Below are positions 61,903-64,000 of a stretch of 64,000 bases of DNA, piece by piece (position 1 is the first letter of the stretch; each line of letters begins with the position of its first letter). Below the pieces are notes generated by a model that was not told the origin of the DNA, searched no databases, and worked only from the letters and a program-made list of their open reading frames with translations. The position numbers and the translations under genes were made by a program. The stretch comes from an uncultured Phycisphaerales bacterium (GTDB lineage Bacteria > Planctomycetota > Phycisphaerae > Tepidisphaerales > Tepidisphaeraceae): assembly GCA_963758525.1 (NCBI GenBank), contig CAVWVQ010000002.1, forward strand, positions 160,001-224,000, written 5' to 3'.

Positions 61903-63225
61903 ATGGCCGCTCGCCGTCTTCTTCTCTCAGCCTTCTCACTGAGTTTCCTTGGCATTGTCGCTTCTGTCGCCCCTCATGTGGTTTGGGCAGATGATGTCGC
62001 TCCCGACAGCGGCTCGCCCTCCGATGTTGAGAATGCGAAGCGCAGTTTCGTCGGGCAGATCAATGCTTCATCCGTGCTGGTGCGAAGCGGACCTCGCGAG
62101 GATGCGTACCAGACAACGAAGCTGGATAAGGGTACTGAAGTCACGGTCATCGGGATCAAGTTTGACTGGCTGAAAATTGTCCCGCCGCCCGGCAGCTTCG
62201 CTTACGTTCCCAAGGTCTATATCGAGCGTCACGGCGACGGAACCGTCGGCCGGGCGACGCGCGAAATCACCGCCCGCGTCGGCAGCGATCTGACTCCGGT
62301 CAAGATCGCGGCAATGGCCAAGGTCGAGGAAGGGGACGAAGTGCAGATCATCGGCGAGGCCGACGAATACTTTAAGATCAAGCCGCCGGCAGGCAGTGCG
62401 CTGTGGGTGAACAAACAGTTCGTCGATCCGGTGCGCCCGGTTGCCGATCCGACTGCGCCACAGCTGGCTGCTCAACCGAATGCAACGCCCGCTGCCGCTC
62501 CCGCGGCGGATGGCAGCGTCGCTCCCGCGACACAGCCGAGCGGCTTGCAAGCCGCGGCCCCCGCAGCACCCACCACGCAGCCGGCGCCGGACGAGGTTGC
62601 CAAGGCGTCGGATCAATTCGATAAACTCGAATCGGAATACTCGGCTGCGACAGACAAGCCCATCACCGAGCAACCCGTCGCCGAGTTGCAAAGCGGCTAC
62701 GAAGCGGTGCTCAAGGTTGACGCGCTGCCCGACTCGATGCGCCGCATCGCCGAGGTGCGCGTGGCGACCTTGAAGATGCGCAACGAAGCCAAGCAGGAAT
62801 ACCTGGCCTTTAAGCAGACGCAGGACAAGAGCGCCGAACGGCGCAAGCGCGCTGGCGCCGAGCAGGAAGAGATTGAAGCGCGGGTGAAGCAGAATTCGGT
62901 GACGCTCTATGCGGCAGTCGGAACGCTGCGCACGTCGAGCATTCAGCACGCCGGCGCGACGCTGTATCGCATTACCGATCCGGAGACCGGCCGGACGGTC
63001 GCCTACATTCGCTCCATCGATGCCGCGCCCGCGGCGTTTCTCGGGCAGTTTGTGGGAGTGAAGGGAACCATCACCACCGACGATGCCCTGAATCTGAAGA
63101 TGATTGACAACCCGACCGCGGTGGAGCCGGTGGATCAATCCAAGGTGAATGGATCCGTTGCCGCTCAGATTCTGCCCCCGAGCCTGTTTCCGCGTTCGTC
63201 TGAAGCCAGCACCGGGAACAACTGA
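61903..63225 (+). CDS. Secreted SH3-domain protein
   Basis: Signal peptide; VRSGP....Y....L..G..V.V....WLKI.PP; second SH3-like repeat; GGAGG RBS. Confidence 0.75.
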   Translation: MAARRLLLSAFSLSFLGIVASVAPHVVWADDVAPDSGSPSDVENAKRSFVGQINASSVLVRSGPREDAYQTTKLDKGTEVTVIGIKFDWLKIVPPPGSFAYVPKVYIERHGDGTVGRATREITARVGSDLTPVKIAAMAKVEEGDEVQIIGEADEYFKIKPPAGSALWVNKQFVDPVRPVADPTAPQLAAQPNATPAAAPAADGSVAPATQPSGLQAAAPAAPTTQPAPDEVAKASDQFDKLESEYSAATDKPITEQPVAELQSGYEAVLKVDALPDSMRRIAEVRVATLKMRNEAKQEYLAFKQTQDKSAERRKRAGAEQEEIEARVKQNSVTLYAAVGTLRTSSIQHAGATLYRITDPETGRTVAYIRSIDAAPAAFLGQFVGVKGTITTDDALNLKMIDNPTAVEPVDQSKVNGSVAAQILPPSLFPRSSEASTGNN

Positions 63226-63246
63226 TTTGACTTTTTCTGTTCAGTG

Positions 63247-63279
63247 AAGCCCGCGGCCCCCTGCCGCGGGCTTTTTTTT
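63247..63279 (+). terminator. Rho-independent terminator
   Basis: GCCCGCGGC stem / GCCGCGGGC followed by T8. Confidence 0.85.
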
Positions 63280-63437
63280 GACCTGCGATCTGAGGCAACT
63301 TTCGCCTCTCGCCCGGCACAATCCGCCTGCCGGTCACAATTCCACCGTTTTTTCGAAGATTCCGCCCATTTCCGTCCGCGAGCACGCGCCGAATCGGCCG
63401 ATACAAGAGTTGGCGCGACGGCGTCGGCGGTGCTCTT

Positions 63438-63701
63438 ATGACTGAAATCAATCCACTGGCGGGCACAATCCTCGGAAGCATCCAGCAACAGCGCGTGCTG
63501 GGGATCGAAAAGACCCGTCAGCTCCGGCGGTCGAAAGTGCTGGAAAGAAACGTTGCCGCCGAGGACGAGCAGCTTGAACATGAGGTCGAGAGCGCCGATG
63601 CCTTAAGCCCCCTCCATGACGAGCAGGGTGAGCAGCCTCCTCGCCGCGAGCCACCCAAGCCACCGCAGGATGACAAGCCGCATATTGATATCAGGGGATA
63701 G
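63438..63701 (+). CDS. Small hypothetical protein
   Basis: 87-aa ORF filling the gap; charged; ends HIDIRG. Confidence 0.55.
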   Translation: MTEINPLAGTILGSIQQQRVLGIEKTRQLRRSKVLERNVAAEDEQLEHEVESADALSPLHDEQGEQPPRREPPKPPQDDKPHIDIRG

Positions 63702-64000
63702 GAAGCTGCCCCAACTGAAACAAGAACACTGCCGCGGCGTTGGCGACGTTGAGCGAATCAATTCCTGGCTTCATCGGAATGGTGAGACGCCGGTCGCACG
63801 CGTCAATGTGCTCGCGACTGAGTCCCTGGGCTTCGTTGCCGAATAAAATACCAGTACGGGGCTTGCGTCGGAAATCGCGCAGGGATTCAGCCGACCCATC
63901 GAGCACGGTCGCGATGAGCTCGACGCCCCACCGCTCCCGCAGGACCCGCATGTCGGCCAGAAGGTTCTCGCTACGGATGATCGGCAAGCTGAACACCGTT
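63691..64000 (-). CDS. TrmH/SpoU RNA methyltransferase, C-terminal part (window edge)
   Basis: LFGNEAQGL, IPM..GIDSLNVANAAAV. Confidence 0.88.
   Translation of the reverse strand, partial: TVFSLPIIRSENLLADMRVLRERWGVELIATVLDGSAESLRDFRRKPRTGILFGNEAQGLSREHIDACDRRLTIPMKPGIDSLNVANAAAVFLFQLGQLPIP

Overview
GC-rich bacterial chromosomal window, most likely a planctomycete (Phycisphaerae/Tepidisphaerales-like). This is inferred from the PEP-CTERM protein, prepilin/H-X9-DG proteins, a PVC-type CxxCH protein, 'LERRVL' leader motifs and a FecR-LamG anti-sigma factor. About 50 genes are recognisable. At least 10 otherwise intact genes are split by 1-2 nt indels, mostly in short G runs, which looks like long-read consensus error rather than biology. 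Content in order: end of a glycosylation locus (asnB-like, GT2); a pseudokinase-FGE protein next to a degenerate M48 lipoprotein; a regulated surface module at 8.3-18.6 kb; a Gfo/Idh/MocA plus PVC heme protein pair; a serine hydrolase; tag with a divergent MmcB-like nuclease; two tandem paralogous repeat surface proteins; a porin and sugar ABC transporter; ArsR-SRPBCC-DUF899 remnant; a uxaE/Zn-dehydrogenase/FucU/AKR catabolic cluster; a TPR-GT41 protein; a toxin-antitoxin-rich stretch; housekeeping genes. The best candidate for an undescribed system is the 8.3-18.6 kb module: ECF sigma, FecR-LamG anti-sigma, PEP-CTERM protein, then two [pilin-like + Asp-box partner] pairs. It has a shared promoter motif, and the first pilin carries the same LamG domain as the anti-sigma sensor. 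Several unrelated REP-like palindrome families occur in intergenic regions. No rRNA, tRNA, CRISPR array or transposase was seen. All calls are by motif recognition only; no searches were run.
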